A stretch of 64,000 nucleotides of DNA from Centroscyllium fabricii (lineage: Eukaryota): the NCBI GenBank assembly GCA_051313645.2, contig JBNRSN020000002.1:539214001-539278000 (forward strand), in the 5' to 3' direction. Of this stretch, positions 25,406-36,431 are shown piece after piece. Under the pieces are notes generated by a model that saw only the letters and a program-made list of their open reading frames with translations, was not told the origin of the DNA and made no database searches. The position numbers and the translations under genes were made by a program. Each line of letters opens with the position of its first letter. Position 1 is the first letter of the stretch.

Positions 25406-26211
25406 GGGGGGGATTTTTGCAAAGGTATAGGAAGCTGGTGTGTTTTAGGCATGTCAGTTTTCTGACACGAATGTTTGAGGGTCTGGGAAACCCATGCAAT
25501 TTTGGCTTAACTGGCCAATTAATTGCCTGTGTGTGGGAAGCCCCCGCCAATACACAATTTCCAGTCGGAAAGCAGCGGCCTGCAGATGACAGCTGGAGGT
25601 TTGATTGACAGTTCTAGGGACTGTGTGTTGTTTGTTTCTATGGAAACAGTCCATTGTGACATCACAATGGAGTGCAACCAATCTCAAAGCCCAAGTGGGT
25701 TGAGTGACAGGTCTAAGGACATGCTGCAAAGCTTTCACAGTGAGGGGCCGTCTCTCTATGAAACATTGCAGCATCTGTCAAGGTAAGTCTTTTCAGTGTT
25801 TTCTCCACAGCTGGTCTTCACCCAAGGGAGTCACTTACACCTCCAGGGTGTTGAAGACCTGGAAGGCATTCTGCTGTAGGTGCCTTGAAGGAGAAAGTGA
25901 CCAAGGCGACTGAGATCCCGGTAGGTTTCACCGGTGGGGTTTCAGGATGGCGGGAAATGGGTGGGAAGGGCTTAAAAATCACAAGGGGTCCTTAAAATGG
26001 GATTACCCATTTCAATTAAGGGTCCCTAATTACCTCAACGATCAACCCCGTCGGTGGCGGGCGGGAAAGATTCGGGTCGGCTGGACACGCCGCCCGAAAA
26101 CCGCAAAGTGGCGGGGATCCGGCGGGAGGGGCCAGGACCCCCCCCGGTTTCGGGATTTTAGGCCCCGCCCCACCAAAAACCCGTCCTCACGGCCCGAGGA
26201 AAATCCCCCCC
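25406..26211 (-). mobile_element. Complete GGGGGGGATTTT-TIR DNA element (~806 bp)
   Basis: aat|GGGGGGGATTTT...AAAATCCCCCCC|gat; non-coding. Confidence 0.85.
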
Positions 26212-26430
26212 GATGGTTGGGAATTCCTTCGGTGTGTGTCCCGCTCTGGTGCTGTAACTTGATCGTAGGTATGATCGAAACCTCACTTACGGTTGTAAAT
26301 CGGTGAAGATATGGAGCTGGAGCTGCTCCGAGGAAATTCGGCCCTCAAATATATTTTCCTTGCAACCAAACATCTCGGGAATAAGCACATGCAGTGTGAT
26401 GGGCGATTCACGTGGAGCTCGCTGACCTAC

Positions 26431-26579
26431 CATGAATTCTTTAAGAGGCTGCTGCTGCTCCAACCGCTGTCGAAGGTTTCCAACGAGAGCCTCCAGGCTC
26501 GCTCCCGAGTACCTACTGCCCACTGGAGTCTTCACCATGGGCAAACTCATTAACTCAACCTCTGACACCATGGGCTTAC
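26431..26579 (-). CDS. PTPN20: Coding exon immediately before the PTP domain (GKPMVSEVELMSLPMVKTPVGSRYSGASLEALVGNLRQRLEQQQPLKEFM)
   Basis: Acceptor ttttctctgcctccattAG, donor ATG|GTAGGT. 149 nt, phase 1 to 0. Joins in frame to give KEFM|ALEHLKP. Resembles the PTPN13 pre-catalytic segment (KYTGANLKSVIRVLRGLLDQGIPSKELENL). Confidence 0.88.
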
Positions 26580-26776
26580 CTAATGGAGGCAGAGAAAACA
26601 CAAAGTGCTCAGTGAAGTTTGAAAGCAATTTTACAGTTGAAATTCATCTTGGACGATAGCGAATCAGAAGCTTGTTTTACACTTTTCTTTCCAACTGATG
26701 GGCTGCCAATTCGCTGTTGCCCTTTTTGTGACCAACCAACCTTTAGGTTTGTTGAATATTTCAGGAGATCGCAGTA

Positions 26777-27316
26777 CAGGTTGAGCACCGGTAATCTGGC
26801 ACCCGATGGTCTGGCACCTTCAGTGGTCCGGCACGAATCAAAACCGGCGGTCTTCAGTTTGCGGAGCAGCCGCTCGGCGGCGCCACTGTTTCCCGCGAAG
26901 GGTGGGTGAGTGCCGAAGGTGTCGGGCATTTGGGTTTCTGTTTTTATAGGGCTTGTAAGTGTTCTATCCCCAGGCTCCCTCTCGCGGAGTGTTCTACCTG
27001 TGCGCTCCGGGACCCGGGGAGTGTTCAACCTGTGCGCTCCGGGACCCGGGGAGTGTTCTACCCACGCGCTCTGGGCCCCGGCGAGTGTTCTACCCACGCA
27101 CTCCGGGCCCCGGGGAGTGTTCTACCCACGCGCTCCGGGCCCCGGGGAGTGTTCTACCCACGCGCTCTGGGCCTCGGGGAGTGTTCTACCCACGCTCTCC
27201 GGGCCCCGGGGAGTGTTCTACCCACGCGATCCCCCCAAACCTTCAGTGGTTCATAGTTTTCAATGGTCCGGCACCAGCCTGGTCCCGAGGGTGCCGGATT
27301 ACCAGTGCTCAACCTG
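26777..27316. mobile_element. Tigger/pogo-like MITE with an internal 32-bp minisatellite (about 8 copies)
   Basis: ta|CAGGTTGAGCAC...GTGCTCAACCTG|ta; unit GGGGAGTGTTCTACCCACGCGCTCCGGGCCCC. Confidence 0.88.
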
Positions 27317-27675
27317 TATCTGTTTATATAATTAGCTAAAGGAAATACTTTTCAGAAGCAGAAATTACATTTAGGTAGTGCCATATCACACTTCCTGCAA
27401 ACTTCTCGTAATCCTTTACACACAGTTCCTGATGTTCCTCCTCCTCCACATCCCTTGTCTGGGTGTAAAACAGGCAAAGCGTATCAGTGGTACACTTGAG
27501 TGTGGTGTCCCAGACAGTTAGCCCGGTCACACTTCCTCACAACGCCTGGCTCAGGGACTCGGAGGCTGTGTCAACAGCACAGACCTAAGAGGCCTGCATA
27601 TGTTTTTCTCCAGTAACAGCCAAACAGCTCCGAGGCCTAAAGGTACGGTGACTCACTGTTTAAATAAATCTTTGA

Positions 27676-28917
27676 TGTGGAGATGCCGGTGTTGGACTGG
27701 GGTGGACAAATGTGAGAAGTCACAACACCAGGTTATAGTCCAACAGTTTTATTTGAAATCACAAGCTTTTGGAACGCTGCCCCTTCGTCAGGTGAAGTGA
27801 AGAGATGCATAGAGACACAGCATATATAGTCAGAGAACACTGCCAGATGATTACAGGTAATCTTTCCAACTGCCCTTTATCACACCTCGGCAGAGAGATA
27901 AATAGCAATCAAAGGTGTGAATGGTGTCCAAACAGGTCAGTCAGGAAAACATTACATCAAAGAACAATGAGGTGGGGTCACAAAGGGTCAAATGTTGCAG
28001 ATGCTGGGGTCTGTATGAAAAACAAAAAACAAACAAATAACAATAAAAAATGTAAAAAACTTTTTGCTGGAAATCACAGCAGGTCCGGCCGCATCTGTGT
28101 AGAGAGAACTAGCCAACAACGACTCGAGCCTGGATGACTGTGTGTCAGGTGGGGTTACATGTAGCGTGACATGAACCCAAGATCCCAGTTGAGGCCATCC
28201 TCATGAGTGCGGAAGTTGGCTATCAGTTTCTGCTCGACAATTTTGCGTTGTCGTGTGTCTCGAAGGCCGCCTTGGAGAATGCTTACCTGAAGATTGGAGG
28301 CTGAATGTCCTTGACTGCTGAAGTGTCCCCGACTGGGAGGGTAAGCATTCTCCAAGGTGGCCTTCGAGACACACGACAACGCAAAATCGTCGAGCAGAAA
28401 CTGATAGCCAAGTTCCACAATCATGAGGATGGCTTCAACCAGGATCTTGGGTTCATGTGATGCAAGATGTAATCCCACCTGACGTAGAGTCATCCAGACT
28501 CGAGTCATCGTTGGCTTGTTCTCTCTACACAGATGCGGCCGGACCTGCTGTGATTTCCAGCAAAACATTTTTTTTAAATTATTTTTTGTTTGTTTTTCGT
28601 TTTTCATACAGACCCCAGCATCTGCAACATTTGACCCCTTGTGACCCCACCTCATTGTTCTTTGATGGAATGTTTACCTGAATGACCTATTAGGACACCA
28701 TTCACACCTTTGATTGCTGTGATTATCTCTCTGCCGAGGTGTGATAAAGGGCAGTTGGAAAGATTACCTGTAATCATCTAGCATTGTTCTCTGACTATAT
28801 ATGCTGTGCCTATGTGCATCTCTTCACTTCACCTGACGAAGGAGCTGCGCTCCGAAAGCTTGTGATTTCAAATAAAACTGTTGGACTATAACCTGGTGTT
28901 ATGTGACTTCTTACATT
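27676..28917. mobile_element. Penelope-like element remnant with inverted structure (GIY-YIG C-terminus plus pLTR on both arms), 13-bp TSD
   Basis: Arms ~27709-28288 and 28341-28917 are reverse complements. AATAAATCTTTGA at 27663-27675 and 28918-28930. RKIVEQKLIANFRTHEDGLN resembles PLE GIY-YIG ends. Confidence 0.85.
28830..28864 (+). ncRNA. Minimal hammerhead-ribozyme-like motif in a PLE terminal repeat
   Basis: CAC-CTGACGA-AGGAGC-TGC-GCTCC-GAAA-GCTT-GTG: core boxes, 5-bp helix II, palindromic AAGCTT at helix III. Confidence 0.65.
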
Positions 28918-29317
28918 AATAAATCTTTGACATACCTTTACAGTCCACTGTGTCTTGTTGCCACTCCCTCTCAGACCCTCTAAACCTGTGTGGGGAATCT
29001 AAGTGCTGAGCCCAGTGGCAGCTCCCCTGCATTCCACTGGAAATAGGCTCTTCTTAATCATATAGTGAGGAACTTTGCAAGGCCGGGCTACACCTGTTGC
29101 AGGTGGAGGACCAGGTGCGCCATTTTGGAAAGCTCTGGCAATCCCAGGCCAGCATAAAGGGGCTGGAGATCTGATGTCATGGGATCACCACTACCGTTAC
29201 ATCTCTGCACCATTTGGGAAATGAGCAGAACCCAGGTGCCAGAGAGAGAGAGAGAAGTATTAGGACAACAGTGAATTATTTTGACCATTGTTGTGTTGGG
29301 AAAAGTTAGATAAAATA

Positions 29318-29630
29318 CGGCATGGTGGCATAGTGGTTCGCACTGTTGCCTCACAGCACTAGAGACCCGGGTTCAAATCCAGCCTCGGGTACTATCTGTG
29401 TGGAGTTTGCACATTCTCCCCGTGTCTGCGTGGGTTTCCTCCAGGTGCTCCGGCTTCCTTCCACAGTCCAAAGATGTGTGGGTTAGGTTGATTGGCCAGG
29501 ATAAATTGACCCTTAGTGTTAGGGGGATTAAATATGTGGGGTTACGGGGATAGGGTGGGATATGTGTCGGTGCAGGCTCGATGGGCCGAAATGGCCTCTA
29601 TCTGCACTGTAGTGATTCTATGATTCTATG
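29318..29630 (+). mobile_element. HE1-type V-SINE, (ATTCTATG)n tail
   Basis: tRNA-like head, V-domain and tail. Confidence 0.9.
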
Positions 29631-29732
29631 AAAATGGTGTATTTGGTATCTCATCCACTGAGGTAGGAACAAATCAGACCATGGTTACTGTCAGAAATCT
29701 GTCACTATGTCATTTCAGAGGGTTCTTGATTA

Positions 29733-30186
29733 AGAAAGAACTTGCATTTATATAGCGCCCTTCACAACCTCAGGATGTTCCAAAGTGGCTTTCAACCAAT
29801 GAAGTACTTCTGAAGTGCAGTCACTGTTTTAATATAGAGAAACGCGCCAGCCAATTTGCACGCAGCAAGGTCCAATAAACAGCAATGAGATAGTGACCAG
29901 ATAATTTATTTTAATAATGTTGATTGAGGGATAAATATTGGCCAGGACACTGGGGAGAACTCCCGTGCTCTTCTTCGAAATACTGACATTGGCTCTTTTA
30001 CATCCACCTGCGAGGGCAGACAGGGACCTAGGTTTAACGTCTCATCCGAAAGATGGCACCTCAGACAGTGCAGCACTCCCTCAGTACTGCACTGGAGTGA
30101 CAGCCTGGATCATGTGTTCAGTTCTCTGGAATGGGACCCGAACCTTGACTTTCTGACTCGGAGGTGAGAGTGCTAGCGACTGACGA
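29733..30186 (-). mobile_element. SacSINE1/DeuSINE-type SINE
   Basis: Colinear with 37543-37996. Confidence 0.85.
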
Positions 30187-30402
30187 CATAGATCTACTTC
30201 ATAGCTGGATGTGAAATGTATCGCTGCAGTCTGTCCAAAAATGGAGAGAGGCGACCGCAAAGAGGTAGCGAGTTAACATGAGGACTAAAGCCATTTGTAG
30301 CTGTTCAATCTGTCGTTCAAATAAATGTGTGTCAAATAAATGCATTTACTGAGAATTAACCCTGAACCTTGATAGATTTTCTTTTCAGATCAATGGCATG
30401 TC

Positions 30403-30760
30403 ATAGAGTTATATAGCACAGAAAAAGGCCCTTCGGCCCATTGTGTCCGCGCTGGCCATCAAGCCCAGTCTATTCTAATCCCATTTTCCAGCACTTGGTC
30501 CGTAGCCTTGTATGCTATGACGTTTCAAGTGCTCATCTAAATGCTTCTTGAATGTTGTGAGGGTTCCTGCCTCTACCACCCTTTCAGGCAGTGAGTTCCA
30601 GACTCCAACCACCCTCTGGGTGAAAAAGTTCTTCCTCAAATCCCATCTAAACCTCCCGCCCCTTACCTTGAAACTGTGCCCCCTGGTTATTGACCCCTCT
30701 ACTAAGGGGAAAAGTTCCTTTCTATCTACCCTATCTATGCCCCTCATAATTTTGTACCGA
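30403..30760 (-). mobile_element. CR1 LINE 3' fragment
   Basis: ORF 30475-30747 is the CR1 ORF2 C-terminus; same family as 44500-44850. Confidence 0.88.
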
Positions 30761-30957
30761 TTGTGAGCAGGAGCAGGAATCTTTGTTGATTACCCCCCCT
30801 ACCTTGCCATGGGCCAATAAAACCCATTGAGCTGCCCTTTCTAAAGCCATAATCACCTAACTCAACACACCAGGGACTGAACCAAGACCTATTGGTCTAT
30901 GTGGGTCAGTAATGCGCTAGGTGGTCTTAGAGGAGCTTGCCAAACCCACACTACTTA

Positions 30958-33900
30958 TAACCAGGAACAGGAGGAGGCCATTCAGCCCCTCGAGCCTGTT
31001 ACACAGGAACAGGGGGTGGTCATTCAGCCCCTCGAACCTGTTACACAGGAACAGGAGGAGGCCATTCAGCCCCTCGAGCCTGTTACACAGGAACAGGAGG
31101 AGGCCATTCAGCCCCTCGAGCCTGTTACACAGGAACAGGAGGAGGCCATTCAGCCCCTCGAGCCTGTTACACAGGAACAGGAGGACGCCATTCAGCCCCT
31201 CGAGCCTGTTACACAGGAACAGGAGGAGGCCATTCAGCCCCTCGAGCCTGTTACACAGAAACAGGAGGAGGCCCATTCAGCCCCTCGAGCCTGTTACACA
31301 GGAACAGGAGACGACCATTCAGCCCCTCGAGCCTGTTACACAGGAACAGGAGGAGGCCATTCAGCCCCTCAAGCCTGTTATACAGGAACAGGAGGAGGCC
31401 ATTTAGCCCCTCGGGCCTGTTACACAGGAACAGGAGGAGGCCATTCAGCCCCTCGAGCCTGTTATACCAGAACAGGAGGAGGCCATTCAGCCCCTCAAGC
31501 CTGTTACGCTGGAACAGAAGGAGGCCATTCAGCCCCTCGAGCCTGTTACACAGGAACAGGAGGAGGCCATTCAGCCCCTTGAGCCTGTTACACAGGAACA
31601 GGCGGAGCCCATTCAGCCCCTCGACTGTTACACAGGAACAGGGGGAGACCATTCAGCCCCTCGACTGTTACACAGGAACAGGGGGAGGTCATTCAGCCCC
31701 TCGAGCCTGTTACACAGGAACAGGAGGCCATTCAGCCCCTTGAGCCTGTTATACAGGAACAGGAGGAGGCCATTCAACCCCTCGAGCCTGTTACACTGGA
31801 ACAGGAGGAGGCCATTCAGCCCCTCGAGCCTGTTACACAGGAACAGGAGGAGACCATTCAGCCCCTTGAGCCTGTTACACAGGAACAGGAGGGGGCCATT
31901 CAGCACCTCGAGCCTGTTACACAGGAACAGGAGGAGGCCATTCAGCCCCTCGAGCCTGTTACACAGGAACAGGAGGAGGCCATTCAGCCCCTCGAGACTG
32001 TTACACAGGAACAGGAGGAGGCCATTCAGCCCCTTGAGCCTGTTACACAGGAACAGGCGGAGCCCATTCAGCCCCTCGACTGTTACACAAGAACAGGGGG
32101 AGACCATTCAGCCCCTTGAGCCTGTTACACAGGAACAGGAGGAGGCCATTCAGCCCCTCGAGCCTGTTACACAGGAACAGGAGGAGGCCATTCAGCCCCT
32201 CGAGCCTGGTACACAGGAACAGGAGGAGGCCATTCAGCCCTTCGAGCCTGTTACACAGGAACAGGAGGAGGCCATTCAGCCCCTCAAGCCTGTTACACAG
32301 AAAGAGGAGAAGGCCATTCAGCCCCTCGAGCCTGTTACACAGGAACAGGAGGAGACCATTCAGCCCCTTGAGCCTGTTACACAGGAACAGGAGGAGGCCA
32401 TTCAGCCCCTCGAGCCTGTTACACAGGAACAGGAGGAGACCATTCAGCCCCTCGAGCCTGTTACACAGGAACAGGAGGTGGCCATTGAGCCCCTCGAGCC
32501 TGTTAGACAGGAACAGCCGGAGGCCATTCAGCCCCTCAACTGTTACACAAGAACAGGGGGTGGTCATTCAGCCCCTCGAACCTGTTACACAGGAACAGGA
32601 GGAGGCCATTCAGCCCCTCGAGCCTGTTATACAGGAACAGGAGGAGGCCATTCAGCCCCTCGGGCCTGTTACCCAGGAACAGGAGGAGGCCATTCAGCCC
32701 CTCGAGCCTGTTACACAGGAACAGGAGGAGGCAATTCAGCCCCTTGAGCCTGTTACACAGGAACAGGCAGAACCCATTCAGCCCCTCGACTGTTACACAA
32801 GAACAGGGGGAGACCATTCAGCCCCTTGAGCCTGTTACACAGGAACAGGAGGAGGCCATTCAGCCCCTCGAGCCTGTTACACAGGAACAGGAGGAGGCCA
32901 TTCAGCCCTTCGAGCCTGTTACACAGGAACAGGAGGAGGCCATTCAGCCCCTCAAGCCTGTTACACAGAAAGAGGAGAAGGCCATTCAGCCCCTCGAGCC
33001 TGTTACACAGGAACAGGAGGAGACCATTCAGCCCCTTGAGCCTGTTACACAGGAACAGGAGGAGGCCATTCAGCCCCTCGAGCCTGTTACACAGGAACAG
33101 GAGGAGACCATTCAGCCCCTCGAGCCTGTTACACATGAACAGGAGGTGGCCATTGAGCCCCTCGAGCCTGTTAGACAGGAACAGCCGGAGGCCATTCAGC
33201 CCCTCGACTGTTACACAAGAACAGGGGGTGGTCATTCAGCCCCTCGAACCTGTTACACAGGAACAGGAGGAGGCCATTCAGCCCCTCGAGCCTGTTATAC
33301 AGGAACAGGAGGAGGCCATTCAGCCCCTCGGGCCTGTTACACAGGAACAGGAGGAGGCCATTCAGCCCCTCGAGCCTGTTACACCGGAACAGGAGGAGGC
33401 CATTCAGCCCCTCGAGCCTGTTACGCTGGAACAGAAGGAGGCCATTCAGCCCCTCGAGCCTGTTACACAGGAACAGGAGGAGGCCATTCAGCCCCTCGAG
33501 CCTGTTACACAGGAACAGGAGGAGGCAATTCAGCCCCTTGAGCCTGTTACACAGGAACAGGAGGAGGCCATTCAGCCCCTTGAGCCTGTTATACAGGAAC
33601 AGGAGGAGGCCATTCAACCCCTCGAGCCTGTTACACTGGAACAGGAGGAGGCCATTCAGCACCTCGAGCCTGTTACACAGGAACAGGAGGTGGGCATTCA
33701 GCCCCTCGAGCCTGTCACACAGGAACAGGCGGAGGCCATTCAGCCCCTCGACTGTTACACAAGAACAGGGGGAGACCATTCAGCCCCTTGAGCCTGTTAC
33801 ACAGGAACAGGAGGGGGCCATTCAGCACCTCGAGCCTGTTACACAGGAACAGGAGGAGGCCATTCAGCCCCTCGAGCCTGGTACACAGGAACAGGAGGAG

Positions 33901-34300
33901 GCCATTCAGCCCTTCGTGCCTGTTACACAGGAACAGGAGGAGGCCATTCAGCCCCTCGAGCCTGTTACACAGAAAGAGGAGAAGGCCATTCAGCCCCTCG
34001 AGCCTGTTACACAGCAACAGGAGGAGACCATTCAGCCCCTTGAGCCTGTTACACAGGAACAGGAGGAGGCCATTCAGCCCCTTGAGCCTGATACACAGGA
34101 ACAGGAAGAGGCCATTCAGCCCCTCGAGCCTGTTACACAGGAACAGGAGGAGGCCATTCAGCCCCTCGAGCCTGTTACACAGGAACAGGAGGAGGCCATT
34201 CAGCCACTCGAGACTAGTACACAGGAACAGGAGGAGGCCATTCAGCCCCTCGAGCCTGTTACACATGAACAGGAGGAGGCCACTCAGCCCCTCGAACCTA
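30958..34300. repeat. 42-bp minisatellite, roughly 80 copies, derived from a CR1 3' end
   Basis: Unit ACACAGGAACAGGAGGAGGCCATTCAGCCCCTCGAGCCTGTT with 40-bp variants. The last unit runs into CR1 3' UTR sequence. Confidence 0.95.
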
Positions 34301-34565
34301 TTCTGCCATTCAACGAGATCCTAGCTGATCTGCACCTCATCTCAATTTACATGTGTGTAGTAAACTTCAAAATAATGATTAACAGCTCTAACCATTCTTT
34401 GTAACCCATTTTTACAGAGTGCTACTTCAATTTACAATTTTCCTAGCACAGAATCCATTTTCTTTTCTGAAGGAGTCACAGCTGTTGTCCTTTATTTTCA
34501 GTGTTTGAGAATCACATGTTCCGTGTTTCGGCATCAGCAGAAAGGCTTGTGATCCTGAAGCTCAC

Positions 34566-34723
34566 CTGTAGGGGGAGCAGGTACTCTGCAAGAGGAACAA
34601 GGCATATCCTCATCACTGCTCCAGCCATCAGAATCATATCGCTCCTCTTCATCCCTTCCTTGATCTTCATACTTACCAACGTGTAACTTTGCTCCGGAGT
34701 GACTCTGGTTGCAGTTCGCTGAG
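34566..34723 (-). CDS. PTPN20: Coding exon, acidic linker (SANCNQSHSGAKLHVGKYEDQGRDEEERYDSDGWSSDEDMPCSSCRVPAPPT-G)
   Basis: Strong acceptor tttttctcttttattttaCAG and donor CAG|GTGAGC. 158 nt, open frame, phase-1 end matches the next exon (PT-G-KPM). Confidence 0.78.
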
Positions 34724-35144
34724 CTGTAAAATAAAAGAGAAAAATGAATGGCTGTGTTTAATGTATACAAAGTTCATAATGTACTAATAATCCTTTAAGG
34801 GTTTTGAAATCGATTGAAGGCTTTCTTTTCGCTTGCTGAAATAGAACTGATTTCTTATTGCGTTGTGATGGTGCCTTATATAATAAAGAAAATGCATATG
34901 TAACAGAATAGCACAGCCTGCAGTTTGCGATTAAAAAAAACTGGTTTCAATAAAAACAAAAAGTGGCCATTGAACTATTGGTTTGTCGTAAAACATCACC
35001 TGGTTTACTCATGCCCTTTAGTGAAGGAAACCTTCCGACCTTACCCGGTCTGTCTTATAAATCTAGTCCCACCCCAACTGCCCTCCAAAATGACCTTGTA
35101 TCAATCAACACCACCTTCTCAGGGCAACAGTAAGGTGAGAAATG

Positions 35145-35800
35145 GGGATGTTCGCTGATGACTGCACAGTGTTCAGCGCCATTCACAACTCCTCAGATAA
35201 TGAAGCAGTCCATGCCTGCATACAACAGGACCTGGATGACATTCAGGCTTGGGCTGATAAGTGGCAGGTTTGTTCCTGGATGAGTGCAGCTCCAGCAACA
35301 CTCAAGAAGCTCGACACAATCCAGGACAAAGCAGCCCGCTTGATTGGCACTCCATCCACCACCTTAAACATTCCCTCCCTCCACCACTAGCGCACCGTGG
35401 CTGCAGTGTGCACCATCTACAAGATGCACTGCAGCAACTCGCCAAGGCTTCTTCGGCAGCACCTCCCAAACCCGCGACCTCTACCACCTAGAAGGACAAG
35501 GGCAGCAGGCGCATGGGAACACCACCACCTCCAAGTTCCCCTCCAAGTCACACACCATCCTGATTTGGATGTATATCACCGATCCTTCATCGTCGGTGGG
35601 TCAAAGTCCTGGAACTCCCTCCCTAACAGCACCGTGGGAGCACCTTCACTGCACGGACTGCAGCGGTTCACCACCACCTTCTCGAGGGCAATTAGGGATG
35701 GGCAATAAATGTTTAAGGTGGTGGATGGGCTGCCAATCAAGTGGGCTGCTTTGTCCTGGATGGTGTCGAGGTTCTTGAGTGTTGAAGCTGCACTCATCCA
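35145..35800 (+). mobile_element. Internally deleted LINE (CR1/L2-group) RT and 3' fragment with a short inverted copy at 35710-35800
   Basis: MFADDCTV...QQDLDDIQAWADKWQV. 35710-35800 is the reverse complement of ~35275-35370. Confidence 0.8.
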
Positions 35801-36431
35801 GAAACTATTTTTTTTTAAAGCAGAGGGTCTTAGTGACATTTTCAAACATCACAGCTAAGATTACGGAGTGAATTGTTATTTTTTTACCGGTTGATGCTGT
35901 GTTTGAGGCTTTGTGTGACATCGAGGTTGGGTTTTCCGTTCTGCTCTTGAGTGGAATGCATTAGGTGAAAACCATTATTCCCGGCACTCTGCAAAGTGGC
36001 AGAAGAAGAAAAATGATAAACTGCCCACAATCTGCTGATTAACTGAGGCACCAATCAAAGAAGCACGACTTACCCCAGCTGAGAACGTTCGCTATCAAAG
36101 CTTTAGAGATTTGAAACTAAGGGGAATCGATTGCTAATTTATAGAGGAACCTCGCTAGATAGGAACGTGTCAGAGACAGGGTCCATTCTGCTACCCACAC
36201 TCCCCTCTAAAGCGGCTCCAAGTATGCAGTCTTTCCTAAATAACTAAATTAGGAAAAACTGGCATGAGGGTCGGTAACCAGAGAACACGGGTTTAAAATA
36301 ATTGGCACAAGATCCAGAGGTGAGTTGTGGAGTTTTTCTTTTACACAGCGAGTTATGATGATCCGAAATGCACTACCTGAAAGGGTTTAGTAACTGACCT
36401 AATTTACACATGCAAATTATGCTTGCTTATA

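Noticed and set aside
27369-27458. Possible 90-nt cassette exon on the minus strand
   Set aside because: Weak donor (AAT|GTAATT), no homology, and flanking exons already join in frame; would need RNA evidence.
30958-34300. CRISPR-like appearance of regular repeats (also 24520-24910 and 26957-27230)
   Set aside because: Units are contiguous with no unique spacers, there are no cas genes, and the context is vertebrate.
30899-34404. Many long ORFs (QEQEEAIQPLEPVT, LLHRNRRRPFSPSS and LEGLNGLLLFLCNR repeats)
   Set aside because: Artefact of a 42-bp unit that lacks stops in several frames; frames shift at 40-bp variants and the unit derives from a non-coding LINE tail.
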